Part shown: in pieces, positions 35,820-49,105 of the stretch
Position numbering within the stretch: the first letter of the stretch is position 1
Layout: each line of letters begins with the position of its first letter
Assembly: GCA_905178155.1 (NCBI GenBank)
Contig: CAJINV010000009.1
Coordinates: 2,829,373 to 2,893,372, forward strand
Length of the DNA stretch: 64,000 bases
Source of the DNA: Amoebophrya sp. A120
Taxonomy: Eukaryota; Protista; Dinoflagellata
Direction of reading: 5' to 3'
Made by a program: the position numbers and the translations under genes
Notes under the pieces: generated by a model
What the model saw: the letters and a program-made list of their open reading frames with translations, nothing else
Database searches by the model: none
Told to the model about the DNA's origin: nothing

Positions 35820-36385
35820 TCGCCTTCGTCGGCCCCACGATTTTCGAGCTCGCCCGACGTCTCGTCCTCGCCGGTGCGGGTGGGGGTGCTGGTTTCCTCG
35901 GTCTTTTGCAGGTGGGACGATGCAATTCCTGCGTCATTGTTTCCGCTGGCCACGCGCGGCGCTGGCGCTCCAGCTTCGCCACCATTGTCAACATGAAAAG
36001 TCTCCCCCTTCTTGCCACAGCGGTCAAAACGAAATTTGTGACGCCGCATCTTCCGTGTACTACACAAATGCAAATCATCTCTGTCTTGCAGTAATGGGCA
36101 ATCGCGTGCAGCTGCAGGTGGATGTTTTTGCGTAATAAAGCCGTTTGTTTCGCATGGCCACCAGGATCAGAAATGAGCAGCCGCACAATGAAAGTGACGG
36201 ACACCTTATCTGGCGTAGTTGCCGCTTTGCTTTTCAACAGAAGCATCTTTGGCCACAAAGTAACTACCGAATTCTGTTTTGAGTATGAGGAGGCGAGGGC
36301 ACTTTTCTGCACGGTAGCCTTCGTCCCTTCCCTCCAAGTCGTCAGACGCAGCAGCCCCCCGTCCTGGTCCTCGTCCCGAAGTGGA

Positions 36386-36690
36386 TATCAAATGCAAACA
36401 CGTCTGGGCTGGGCAGAATGCAGACATTTTTTGCCATGCACTTGTTGGACCTGCAAGAAGGTCTGGATCTGGAATACACGCAGAGCATGACAAGATGCGC
36501 GGAGGCTTCTCCAAATGGATGCCAGCCTATAATCCACGCACACGCTTGAGAAATCGTGCCTTCTTCTGGAGATCAAAAGCAAAAGCGACAGCGCGCGCTC
36601 GTTTCTTTTTCTCACTAACAGATTTTTGTCTACGCCAGAGCATCACAAGTTGCATTCGTGTTCCAGACACCGACATATTTGCAGTGCATA
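36386..36690. mobile_element. Introner-like element, family A (305 bp)
   Basis: TATCAAATGCAAACACGTCTGG...CCAGACACCGACATATTTGCAGTGCATA; perfect DR GTGGA. Confidence 0.85.
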
Positions 36691-39654
36691 GTGGAACTAC
36701 GCCCCCCGGTTTGCTTCATCAATCTTGTCCTTCAGAAAAATACACGAGTACGAGCACGACCCATGGCCATGCCGGGAAAAAAGAATAAAAATTTGCGTTG
36801 CTCCAATCGCGTCACAGAAATAATCTCCGAGATGCGGACGACACGACCGCAAGAAATGAGATGGTAACTTTCTGCCATGCAGAGGGCAGTTTGGAACGCG
36901 TCTGATCGGCTATAGAGCAGTTGCCCGACATGTTAATCAATTAGGACGTCTCCATAAACTACAACTTCTGCACAATTATCGTAGTTATCGTAGTAATAAA
37001 AATAATTGCAATATCATTACTGCATGACAAATCTCCGAAATCTGGCGTCTTTGGCATAAAAAATTCCACGACTTGCCACACTGAGCAAATTTGAACTGCT
37101 AGTACTAGTAAGATACTTTTCCAATGTCTAATCTTCCATTACACAAATCGCAAACGCTCTGGCCGCAAGAACGGTCTCACTCTGACCGGCCTTAGTAACG
37201 AACGGCCGCCGCAGATATCAAGAAAAATTTAGCGGCATAAACTTCCTGTGTCTGGTGCTATGTACACGTGTACTTTTGTATAGGATAATTTTCTCGGCCT
37301 GCTGGGGCAGCTCCTGCGGAACATGATGTTGCTGATCTACACTATGAAGTTTCCAAGAGGTTGCGTTACATTGATAGCTGTTACATGAATCATGCAAGAA
37401 CTGCAAAAGTAAAAAGAAGAAGGGGCCTCGCATAAAATTTTGAAACGGATTACACCCGTCCTAGGAACAAGTACAACTACAAGCGGAAGCGCGCCGATAT
37501 AATTAAATTGTCATGCGAAGTGGCGTAACCGTGTTCCGCTGCCATGGGAAGCGGAAGCGAAGGCTGAAGCTGATATAAAGTAATTCTATGTTTTCCATGA
37601 CAAATCAGTAGAGAGCAGCAATCTGTGTCTTGCAACCTTGGAGAACTCCATATCCACCCAGCGCGTTTTGGATCTCAGCCGTCGTGCTCGTGCTCCGAAG
37701 GGTCGTCGACGCTGCAGCAGTTGCGTCTTGTTGCCCTGAAATCAAATTTTTTGTCCTCTTGCAGCTGATGAACAAGTAGGAGCTAAAGTATTTACTTATC
37801 AATCTTCATGCAGTGTAAGTAATAAGTTAAAGTAATATCATGACTATCAAACCCGCTGTTTTATCACTGGCGCGGAAGCTATGCAGATGCGGTCCAAAGT
37901 TTATGTCTGGGGGGAAGACTTGTGCGGATTCTGGAGGTGCTGGAGGACCAGACACTATTAAAAATGTAAAGTCTATAGTGTTTCGGATCTATGCGCAGCC
38001 AGCAAAAAAAGATCGATTTTTGTCTCCAGGATACAAGGGCGTTTTTTATACAGACAAGGCATGCAAAATTCCGGAACAAGCCCTAACCAGACTACGCTGG
38101 GCGCATGAACGGTTCATGCCATACAAATGAGAGGGAGGGGGACTTGTGCACCCTCATAAGTATAAGTTGCAAGGTGTGTACTATTATATAAAGTTGGTAC
38201 CCGCATTTTCGCGCAATCCCTCGACGTTCTCGTCGCCCGCGTACTATGCATTTCAAACATCGATCTCCGGGTCTCTCTGGAACAGCCGAAGGCTTCTCGT
38301 GCTCGGCTGATACCAGGTATAGAAAAATCTGTCATGCGTGCTGCGATCATGTACACATACAGGATCAAGACGAGGGCTGAATTATATGTTGACACTCTAA
38401 AGGCAAGACATCGCCACCCCTGACGAAGAAAATGCAAAATACACACGACCCCTCTCATACTATGTGAGCGCCAGGGTCGAAATTAACAAACTTCAAATAA
38501 TTCGCAGTACATAAAAGCTCAACATGGCGCAAGCCTCTTTAGTACTGTAATGGCTACCAAGGCGAGCCAGAAACTGCTCACGAACTGCTTAAGTTTCCTG
38601 AAGGTAACTGTATTCAAATTGAAATTGATGTCAGCTGCAGAGCAGCGCAGCGGCGCATGACATCGGTGCGTGACAAATTTTGGCAGGATATCAAAGACCC
38701 AATTTGCAATGCTGCTAGGGGCAAGGCAGGCTGTTTTTGTGTTGCTCCCCCGCAGCTTCACTATTACCCCGAAGCCCGAATTCCTATGCGCAGCGGTGCC
38801 AAGGTATTTCTATTGCAATTTTGTTGATTTTGAGCCTGGCGTCCCTAAGTCGCGTGGTCTAGAGAAGACGTAGTCCGCCCCTCGCGAAAACATGTTCCGA
38901 TGCGTGAAGACTTCGGAGGCGGCTGGCTTGCTTACCAGGATCTTCTCGTCCACGACGGCACGCAGGAGCTACTAGTAATAGCGTCGTAGTACCTTTACTA
39001 GACTATTATACGCTGGCGCCAAGGACGCCGGCGGCGGGGCGTCTACTAATACTAATAAATAACTAAATTTCTATACGAAGAACCCCAACAAGGGCTCTAG
39101 GAAAAAGCCGACGGCGCTCCCCAGAAGGTCGATCAACCTTCAGGGGAATCTTCAGGAGAGTGGAAAAGCCTTGAGAAAGGTACAAAAAAGCCTGGCCCTG
39201 TTTCAACATGGTTGGCTTTCTTGGTGACCTTCATCAGGCTTCGGCCCCCTGCAGGTGCTTTGCGAGCCTCCTGGAAGCCTTTCTTTAGGGCACCAACGCA
39301 GGCTGCTTTTTTCCTTTTGTGGTGGGTCTTTTGCTGTGGCTCTCTTGCGGCGGGCTTTTTGGCTTCTTCGCAGCTGGCCACCCGGAAAGAAGCCGCAGGC
39401 CGTCGCTGCAGGGACGCGCGTCACGCTTGCAGCAGCTTCCTAGCTTCTTGAAAAAATTCTCTGAAGAAGCGTCCCACGGCCCTTCTCTTAGACTGGCCTC
39501 TCAAGGGAAACGCTTAGCCGGAAACCGTTTACTTCGTACTTCCCTCTACGTCTAAAGGGCCAAAATTTGGAGCAAAAATTAAAATATTTCATTTTTACAG
39601 ACAGATTATTTTATTCATCCAGATGGACCGAGAGCTTCGACATTTGCACTTGAT

Positions 39655-40885
39655 ACGTTTGTCGTGCGCACCATGGTCAGCGACACCATTCCCGCTGCGC
39701 AGCACGATGCAGAGCTGGTGCATGGGTTCTTCTTGTGCGCTGGGGGGCGCTCCTCCGGACGGGGGTGACGAGCGGCACGATCTCGTCCACGAGGTTGTTG
39801 AGAAAAATCCTGTGGAGCCTGTAAAGCTCGCCGCAAGCGCACGTCGGGGCTGCCAGCGTGGTGATGGTCGTTGTACATCAGGCCATGCATGGGGCCAACA
39901 GAAAAATTGGAACTGGATGCTGTTGGAGTGATGACGAAGCCAGTCAAACGCGTCGTCCCCGAAGCAAAACTGCTGGGCGCCGGAGAGTATAGATTGCAGA
40001 TTACATCCCTGGATGTTTGGAACAGTGCTGCAAGATGAACTTGTGATGCTGCATTGGGATTCGAAAAAAAAATATCCCATCTGTGTTCTTTATGCTGCAT
40101 GAGCAGCAAATAAATAAAGAGTACAACTTTCACTACGCGGTGGACAGGGGATTTGTCATGCGCGGGATAGCATAGGCATCAAGAAACCTTCAGAAAATTA
40201 TCTTTCTGTGATGCTAAGTAGGACCACAGACATCGCAGATCGATCTTTCCAGCAGCTGCAGCTCATGCAAAACGTGCGTGACAAATACAAACTTGCACTT
40301 TTCCACACATCCAGGAATATATGCAGTGGATAGAGAGATTCCTTCTCGAGGAAGATTCGGGATCATGGCTTATCCTGTGTAAAAACGTCCACACCCCATG
40401 GCTGTCGTGCAAATCTGCAGGGTGAAAATCAAAATTTCTCTCATGCGGAGCCCCATGCGACGCATTTTCTCGTACTGTTTGAAATTTGGGACGCTACAAT
40501 CAGCACGAAATGCAAAATTTGCGATGCTGCTGCACTAGCTAATCGCGACACATTGCGACCCCAATGTAGTTGTCATGCGCAAGAGAAACAGTCAAAGCTT
40601 GCTAATTTGTCTTGCAGATTTCCCAACTTGACTGTCTATGGTAGGGTTTGTGTACTGGAAAAGACCAACATAAAGCAAAAACAAATTTGGGGTGTTTTAT
40701 CTTCATGTACTGGAGAAGACCAAAATAAAGCACAGACAAATTTGCGGTGGGGCCGTTTTCACATATGATATGGCTTCCGTTGCAGTTCCCGCCCCGTCCA
40801 CCAGGAGCAATGAGGAGTCGAAGGTTGGCACCCCGCCCACGGCCACGGCGTCGGCTTGCTCTGTCATACGAAAAAAGTGCTTCAC
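39655..40885 (-). CDS. Three exons of a low-complexity hypothetical protein
   Basis: In frame after removing 40371-40770 and 39988-40332: ...VDGAGTATEA|MIPNLPREGIS|PAPSSFASGTTRLTGFVITP... Confidence 0.7.
39988..40332. mobile_element. Introner-like element, family A-related (345 bp)
   Basis: TATAGATTGCA..CCTGGATG...CATCCAGG..TGCAGTGGATA; perfect DR GAGAG; interior resembles 26712-26978. Confidence 0.8.
40371..40770. mobile_element. Introner-like element, family H (400 bp)
   Basis: TATCCTGTGTAAAAACGTCCACACC...GGTGGGGCCGTTTTCACATATGATA; perfect DR TGGCT; frame restored. Confidence 0.85.
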
Positions 40886-41970
40886 GATTGTAAGGTTGTG
40901 ATGCGAACGGTATAAAGAAGAAAGTCATGCTGCGACACAAAATCAAAAGAAGCGTTTGTCTTGCTACACATGCAGCAAGATCGTGGTTTCTTTTTTGGTC
41001 TTGTCAGTTTCCCTTCGGGTGCACGAATGGCAGATCTTCTTTGACTTTGTCATGCTAGGCAAATAACTTGTGATGCAAACCACCTTGCAGAATCCTTACA
41101 GTGAAACAGGGTTTTCGTACGATATGCTCTTTCCAGCAGAAATTTCTCTCGGCCTGCTGCTCGAGCTGGACGCTTGCCCGTGGGTGCCGGCGGCGCACGC
41201 TTGTTGAGTCCCTCGTCGCGCCACGGCTGCTGGTGGCGGTCACGCAGCTATCGAGGTGGTTGTCCTGGTTGCTGTGCTGGATCTCTTCGCGATCGCGTTC
41301 ATGGTCTGACGCCACTGCGTCGCGGCTATCCTGTGGGAAAAGCGATACTCATAGCACGACCCCGGTTGTATGCTCAAGATGGAACAAAGTCCGGCTGCAC
41401 TTCTAGACAATAAATGACGCTCCAGGAGGTGTTCTTTATGTGGGAGATCTCATGACAAATTATTTGGATGCGCCTCATGGGCGTGCTCAGCTAGTGTCAG
41501 AAACTGCTGCAACAAAAATCGACAACTTCATCACAACTTCCCCGACATTTACTCTGCATGAGCAATGCCCAAAAACAACTAGGCAATGCCCGTGACGAGA
41601 GATGGAGAGGCGCGTGAGGAGGAGGACGCACACACACATAAGAAATCTCAAGAAAAAATGCAAGACCTGTGAATAACCAAAAACTGGGGTTGTGCCTTTG
41701 TCTTTACTGTTACTCAGGATAGTGGCCGTCCCTGTCCCTTTGCCGGCTGTCACGCATTTTCGTGTGCTTCTCGTTCTCCGAACGCGAGCCGCGTCTACCT
41801 TACTTGATGAAAAATGAAAATTCGTGAAATAAATAAGTACTATGTTCTGGGTGGAAAAACTGTAAAAAAATGAAGAATTTCTCCAGCTTTCTTCCGACCG
41901 CGCAAATTTCTGCACACACACACGACCGCGGGATACGCAGTGCTCGTTGGCTCCTCACCACCAAAATGTA

Positions 41971-42322
41971 TATCCATTGCAATCACGTCTGGGTCTGGAC
42001 GGATATGAGCTTCTCCTGACGAGGATCATCGTCATATGCTTCGTAGATCAGATACGAATAGTATAGTAAATCTGTCACGAATTTACAATAAATGCACCCT
42101 GTTTACTCTTGCCATCTGCAGAGTCGCGTATTCATATTTCTCATGCGGCACAACTATTCTAAAGGCATTCAGAAACCTGCTCCGCGAAACCTGTGTTGAT
42201 GCTATTCGTTTGCATGTCGATGCCAAAAGCGACTGGGCCGTCCTCATCCTCATCGTCATGCAAATTCCGCATGAGAACCATCATCCGCATTCTTCCAGAC
42301 CCAGACATATTTGCGCTGCATA
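41971..42322. mobile_element. Family A TIR element
   Basis: TATCCATTGCAATCACGTCTGGGTCTGGA...TTCCAGACCCAGACATATTTGCGCTGCATA; DR unclear. Confidence 0.65.
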
Positions 42323-45300
42323 GTAGACGCTTCGGAAAAACAAATGTCGTCGCTCGTCGCAACAGCACCACTACGGGGTACGCAGTGGAGACTTAACGTT
42401 TATGCATTGCAAATATGTTGTCCTCTAGGCCTGGATTTGTGATGCACATATCGTGTCAGAGCTGAGAGTGTCCTGTCGATGAAGTACAGCAACAAGCATA
42501 ACAAGGTAGTCTTTGCTGCATGAGGCCGACGAGTGGCGAGGCGTTTTGTCGTGCTGGGACGCAGTGAGTCGTCGTCCTGCTGTGGTTCGTAAATAAATCT
42601 GCAAGCGGGGGACCCACAAATATCAAACCTGTCGTGCCTTACTGCGGTACAAAACACTGCTCTGTCATGCAAGACCCAATGTCTATATCAAATTCTCCGT
42701 CTTTCCAGAGCGACACATATTTGCATTTGATCACGAATACAAGTTGTACTGGTAGCAACAATCTTCGAATAAAAATATCCTCCTTAGAAGTGTTTTTAGT
42801 AAATTGCAGGTGGCTGCCACCTCGTGCCACAACTACAAAAGTAAAAGTAAACAAACTCCGCTGGGGTACAACGAGGCTGAAACTTACTTATGCTTACGAC
42901 AGGGAAACTAAAGGAGAAATCGTATAGGAAATTAATAGAAAAGAATAAGCTCCGTTGGGGTACAACAAGGCTCACACTATCAAAATGAAAAACCTCCCCA
43001 CCCCCCCTACTCAAACTGGCATCTAAACGCCAGTACTATTTATTGCGCAAAGCAGCACGCGTCGTCTCTTTGTATGGCCACGAGGCACGACCTTCGGCAT
43101 GCCTCCAGATGCGGCCTCAAAACGCGATCAACTACGAGTAGAAATCGTAATCGATGTCAGAGAGCGACAGCTGCATGGCGTCGCTTTGTTCCGTGGGCTT
43201 AGTATCATGCAAGAACGCGGGCTGGCTTTTGTGCACAGACTATTTGATATTACTCTCTGCGATATAAATATCAATATCGCGCATCCGACGAGAGATGCCC
43301 TTTATTTGAGTATTTACGGGGGGGGAGGGGGGATTTTGCATTGACGCACCAGTAGAGTCGTGTTATTACGAAACGAAGGTAAGTAGAGGTCCTGGATTAT
43401 TAGGATAGGTTCAGCAATTTCTTTTTCAGAGTTAGCGCGTCTCCCGTTTTTTCCGAGTAGGGGGGGCTGGCACAGGTGTGAGCCCTCGGTGGATGCACAT
43501 CAGATGACAGTGACACAAATGACGAACATTAGACGCAATCCGACCTATTGGCCGCAGATGACACAAGATTCTGGCGACTCTACTCCCCACGCCGGTTCGT
43601 TCGAAGCTTACAGGGCAGGCGCAGGGGGCGGCCCGATGCTCGCATCATACTGTACCGCTGTGCCCATCACGCATGTACATGTACTAGCGGCTTCGGATTT
43701 CGGTCCGCCTGGCGCGGTGAGCGGACTCTACCCGAGTGCGTGCAGTCGTCTGCCGCCAAAAGCGCGACATGTTGACTGACCCCGGGCCCGGGAGGTCGTG
43801 CATATCGACACATGCTACCGAAAGAGAAGAAGCGCGCGCTCCGGCCGCACCCTCCTGCGATCAGCTCCGCCGGCTGCCGATGATGTTGACCACCAGGCCA
43901 GGCAGGCGCCGAGTGTCTGGCTTCTCTGTCCATTTTCCTCCGGCGCAGGCCGACCAAACGTTAACCCCTGGCGACGCTGGTGAGGACAAAAAACCCTCTC
44001 CCAAGGCCCTCATGTGTGTCACTGTCAGTCAAATAAAAAATGGTTAAGAACATACCAAAATCTAAACGCTTCCGGCGAAACTTTCCGAGGCGGGCGATCA
44101 CTCGTCGAAACGATCGCCCACGGACCTACTTAATCCTAAACTATCAGCGTGGCGGCGCGAGCTTCGCTGAGATTGCACTCCGCGATGTGCTTTCTTGTTG
44201 TCGGAGACTGGCGGGCAGAGAAGAATCTCGATGCGATGATGGCGAGAAGCAACGAAAAGGAGGCACAGGTGAAAAGAATCGTGGCGGGGATGAGCAAGCA
44301 GAACCGAATGGCGGGGCAAGGGGCGGGGCATCGCCACAAAAACGCAAGAACGAAGAGAGTCGCCGGCCAGGGCCCGCCGCCGGCGACCAGGAACCCCAAA
44401 CCCTAGACCCCAACCCCGATACCCTTGTGGCGTTTTCGCTTTTGTATGCAAAGTTGAGAAGAAGTTTCGAGATCTTGTTTCCAAACCACGTTTACTCGTC
44501 TGGAGCAAACGTTTAGACCCAGGGGCGTAGTTTAGATTCTGGTCAGTATCTTAACCAATAAAATAAGCCTAAAAACTCCGTGAAGATGAACATGAACTGG
44601 AGGACCTAGAGCTACTTAGTTGTTTTATACATTTATTCGAGCGCTATTTCCTTGACGTCCTACAACCGACGACCGTTCGAGGTCGAAAAACAGGACGAAA
44701 CGCAAAAACTCAAGTGCTGGACGAAACCGAAAGTAGAAGTCTTGTTCGACGAAATTCTTACACAAAATGTACTTGTTCTCGTTGCTGGGGGTGGACGAGT
44801 AATTGCACGAGAAGTTACTGGCGGCGAACCACGCTACTCATACTCATCGCTGGAGCTGATGCTGAAGGACGAAATTCAAACTCATTATCAACAGTGAGGG
44901 CAACAAGGACTGGTGGCAACTACTAGACGCACTACCGAATGCCAAGGCCAGCTCACTGTAGTTACCGCATTGTTGATATAATTTATATCTGATTTCAAAA
45001 CATCATGCGGCGCATCCACTGCAAAAAATTCCGACGTCCACCTCTGGTCTGGGAGATGATCCGGATAAATGTATAGTGCTGTATGAAGTATAGTTCACAA
45101 GCGTTGATACGCTGTCAGCTGTCGCATGAGTTTGTGATGTAAGAATAGCAAAAGTGAAAGGCGGCGCGGGGGCTTGCGCATCTTGCGTTACAGCTTAGGC
45201 GCAGATTCTCTTATGCTATGTGGATTTGGTGAGTGGTCGAGAACTTGTCATGCGAAGCAGGAGCTCGATCGCGTAGATCTCGATGCCAATCTTCATTTTC

Positions 45301-45768
45301 AATGCCAAATATATCTTCATGTGACAGCTGACAGTCTAGCGCTTCACAATCTTCCCATAGATATGCTGTAGTATACGCTTTTGCTCATCGTGATCTCACA
45401 CGCATTTACTTGCTCTCCGTGCAACATGAGCTGGCGCAAATAAGTAAAAGAGACCAAGTCTGTCATAGTGTCCGCTCCTTGTCTTTAAAAGATATTCGCG
45501 ATGCAAACAAAACGCAGTGCTGTGTGTATGTTATGCGAGATTGATACGCATCATGGACGATGATAAAATGCACCCCTTGTCCCCGTGTTCTTGGGCTGGT
45601 GGTGCTGGTGGTCGTGTGCTGATCGAATTAAATTATGTACTGTTCAGCGAAAAAAATATATATAAGGGAGTCAAAATCTAAATCTAAATACGTAACTCTC
45701 ATCATATTCTCGCGCAAATCTTCGAATGTTCTTCCTGCTTGGACGGTTTTCTTTTGGAAGAGAATTTA

Positions 45769-46047
45769 TATCCTGAGTAAAAACGTACCCACACCAGAGT
45801 CAGGATGAGGATTTTGCAACACAAACCTAGGAGCTTTGTGAGTCACGCATGACAAGTTGCGCTACGCAGTGTAGTGCAGGTTAGCAAGTGCAGCCACATC
45901 ACAGATTCGTCTGCTCATCCTGTTCACAGCATCACAAATTCCAAAACACGATTGGAAATGGCTCTCATGGGGATGCGCATTACAAGTCTTCGCGTCTTTG
46001 CAAATCTGCATTACAACTCTGGTGTGGGTACGTTTTTACTCAGGATA
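45769..46047. mobile_element. Family H element with perfect ~32-bp TIR (279 bp)
   Basis: TATCCTGAGTAAAAACGTACCCACACCAGAGT...ACTCTGGTGTGGGTACGTTTTTACTCAGGATA; no matching DR. Confidence 0.85.
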
Positions 46048-46068
46048 ACGCATTTTCTCGGGGAAATG

Positions 46069-46310
46069 TATGGCGTTCTCAAACGTTATACTCTCAACTG
46101 TTACATGAATTTGTGACGCAAGAGCCGCAACAGTCAAAGGCACAAGCTTGCTGCTTTTGCATCACAGATTTGGCACGGAAGATTTAGATGCTGTCTAGCC
46201 CTTCGGAGATTTGTCATGCGAAGCAGCTTGATCATCTACCGACGCAAGGCAGTTTAGCATGACAAATTCGCGCAACAGTTGTTCAGAGTGTAACGCTTGA
46301 GAACACCATA
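46069..46310. mobile_element. Introner-like element, family B (242 bp)
   Basis: TATGGCGTTCTCAAACGTTA...TAACGCTTGAGAACACCATA; DR AAATG/AACTG. Confidence 0.85.
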
Positions 46311-46389
46311 AACTGGTGGACCAAGACCAACGGGCAGTGGGACTTCTTGCCCTACGTCCAATGGAACACAGAAGACATGCAGTGGCTTT

Positions 46390-46621
46390 TATGCAAGAAA
46401 AAAACTGTGTATAGTGTAAGTCTGAGATGCAAAAAATGCAAAACAGAGTTATACTTACACTTGTCATGCTGGACCTGCGTCAGAGGCTCGTCATCTTTTC
46501 GTACGTGTTTTCCCGTACTAGCCGCGCACATGACAGGCTCTCTCTGATGTCATGCAGAGCAAACTCGTGATGCTATTTTTCTTCCAAGAAAATTACACTA
46601 ACACAGTTTTTTCCTTGGATA
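46390..46621. mobile_element. Introner-like element, family D (232 bp), inverted relative to the 56946 and 63349 copies
   Basis: TATGCAAGAAAAAAACTGTGT...ACACAGTTTTTTCCTTGGATA; perfect DR GCTTT; flanking minus-strand ORFs join in frame (DSPEKA|TACLLC). Confidence 0.9.
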
Positions 46622-46811
46622 GCTTTTTCTGGTGAATCCCGTCGAAGATTGCGACGTCCGGTGGAAGCAACAGCGGTGTTGCACAGTAAAAAAAGAAATC
46701 CCAGCTGGGTCCAGCGGCGGTAAAGAAGTAGTACCGAAATACTCTCTATGCATTGCAAATATGTCTGGGTGGTCTGGAAGGATGCAACTTGTGATGCTGC
46801 ATCTGGATGCT

Positions 46812-47930
46812 ATCTTCGAATGTTCTTCCTGCTTGGACGGTTTTATTTTGGAAGAGAATTTATATTTGGGGCTCGCGCCGCAGTGCAGACACAGCGGCGC
46901 GGGGATCTGCACATAACAATAGAACAATAGCACTGGAAGCAGCAACTAGATCTCCTGGAAGCGGCTAAATAAAGAAGCTTGGCCGAAGGGGAGGCGCCTT
47001 TTTGGCGAGGGGCTTTGGCGGGAAGGGCAGCCGACGCACGAAAAAAACTGCAGTTTCCCTGCCAAGCGGCAAAAGGCGAAGCAGCAAAGTGTGTAAGTAC
47101 TTCAGCTATCCCATGCTCGCAAAAGCACGAACAAAAGACAAAGAGAAGAAAAAACCAAAAGAAAACTGGCAGGCGCAAACCGCCAGCAGCAGCCCAAAAC
47201 TTAGAACGCTTGGCCCGGCCGGCGCCTGTAGCGCCAGAACGAGAAGCAGGGCCCAGCAATCGAGGCAGAAAATAAGCGCGCGCCCTCCAGGTTGTTCCCG
47301 TTGCATTCGGTGACAGGCGCGCCCCCTATCGGCTGGCGACTAGAAATCCGCCGCAGGTGCGGCCGCCCTCTCTGTTTTCACATCACTGCAGCCACCCCCG
47401 CGCTGCTAGGGCCAGGGTTGCTGCTCTTCGGGGTACATGCGTTTCGGCTACCTTTAGCTGCGATTTGTGGAGGTAGGGGTCGCCGGTGGTCGCTTGGTAC
47501 ATACAAACACAGCTGCAACCCTGTGAACCGCTGCGCACCTGCTGGCGCTAATTGTAAATCGCGCGCGCCACTGTAGTAGCAGTGCTTCGCCACGCCTGTT
47601 GCTTCCCAGTAGCAGGCACCCCTGCAGCAGCGCGCCTATTTGTTCCAGATCCTTTACTTTTTTTTTACTACTTTCTTTAGATGCGAAGCTGATGAATATG
47701 AAAGTAGGCAACCGCCCCACCTGCCCTCACCGCCTGAACGCGACAGGCATTCCGGTGGTTGTTTCTGTGCCTCTCCCAACTCGCGCGAGATTGGTCGCTT
47801 TTTTGCTTCCGTTTTCGAGAGGGTAGACCGGTCACGCGTGCAAGAACAACTACAAATGTTCTTCCCGCTTGGACGGTTTTATTTTGGAAGAGAATTCATT
47901 TGCGATCTTCTTCTTCAACAGGGTGGATCA
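46812..47930 (+). pseudogene. Decayed Cys-rich CXXC-repeat (furin-like/variant-surface-protein-like) gene fragment
   Basis: + strand remnants ECSSCLDGFILEEN, KCVSTSAIPC, PGCSRCI, SCNPVNRCAPAGANCKS, CEADEYE, KCSSRLDGFILEEN, with stops and frameshifts. Confidence 0.45.
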
Positions 47931-48448
47931 ATGAAGACGAAAAAGATATCTTCGGTACTAGATCCGTTACCTCGCCCTTCCTTGAAAGACAATACAAAGA
48001 CGAGACAAAAGCTACGCAAAAATACACAATCAAACTGTTTTTTCGACTACAAAATTTTTTTCAAAACAAAATCCGGAGGGAGTTTTGCCTTTCCGGGGTT
48101 TGAATCAGCGTGGAAAGGACATGACAACAAGCAACTCTCAAGCGAAAAAAAAAAGTGCGCCTCTTCAGGGCGTGGGCGTCACACATGTTGAGTAAAGTTA
48201 GTAAAAGTCCCATTGGTTAAAAACTCCAACTCCTGGTCACGGTGTATAGTATACTTAAATCAAAAATGCGTATAAAGATCTACTGTAATCAACGCACAGC
48301 TCTCAGAGTGTGCGCGGTACAAGATACGGTCTCCTGTTGGTCCGCTCAGGAGTCGAAAAAATGCAATCGGATGGAACTCCTGTCTCCCGCCTAATCTTGG
48401 ACATGTTAGCTGGGTTAAACCGCCCCAGAACCCTACTTCCCCTCAACT

Positions 48449-49105
48449 CTATGGTCTCGGGGCCGTGGCCGTGCGCTGGCTGATGGCAAACGAGTCATCT
48501 TTCGAAGCGAGAAGCATGGTGCCCGGAAGGTATGACGCATTGTCCTTGTTGTTCCGTGCCCTCGCATTCCTCTCTTGAATGTATTGCCCCAGCGGCGGCG
48601 GTAGGCCCGGGGGGCCACGCCTCAAATTTAGTTGGCAGTACTGGTACATTGCGTCCCAAGTTGGAGTGCCTTTGCGCTCACCCTTCAGCACACTGTGGGG
48701 CATCCTTTGCAACGTCTTCAGCGCTTGCTCACACTGACGGTCGTCGGCTTTTGACATTTGGGGGGTGGCCAGCGCGGCCTCTTGCAACTCCTCTCCTGGA
48801 GGCATGCTATCCCAGAGAAAAAAGCTGGACATGCATATTTGTAATGCAACAATAAATACACAGAAAAACTTGTCATGGGTGGCCCCATAGCATGCTGCTT
48901 CGTATATGCCATGCAGATTCTTTTTTTTTGTGTGTTTATTTTTGCATTACAAATATGCCCTGCCAGCTTTTTTCTGTGTGATACATGCCTCCCCCTATCC
49001 AGATGAAAACCTCCCTCCTCAGGCTAAAAGGGAAGCCTGTGCCGGCGCGGGATTTTTCGTGTACGCCAGTCAGCTCTGTCCTGCAGCTGTAAGGGACTGC
49101 AGGCA
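48449..49105 (-). CDS. 3' exons of a hypothetical protein
   Basis: Removing 48808-48983 plus DR gives ...FSLRREVFIWIGGGM|PPGEELQEAALATPQ... through to the stop at 48449. Confidence 0.6.
48808..48983. mobile_element. Introner-like element, family F (176 bp, ~55-bp imperfect TIR)
   Basis: TATCCCAGAGAAAAAAGCTGG..CATATTTGTAATGCAA...TTGCATTACAAATATG..CCAGCTTTTTTCTGTGTGATA; perfect DR CATGC. Confidence 0.9.

Noticed and set aside
37840-38130. 96-aa + strand ORF with GYKGV (AP2/HNH-like)
   Set aside because: Single short motif, no other family residues recognised, and opposite to the local gene strand.
42855-42980. Two ~28-bp direct repeats CTCCG(C/T)TGGGGTACAAC(G/A)AGGCT
   Set aside because: Only two copies with no further structure; not enough to call a feature.
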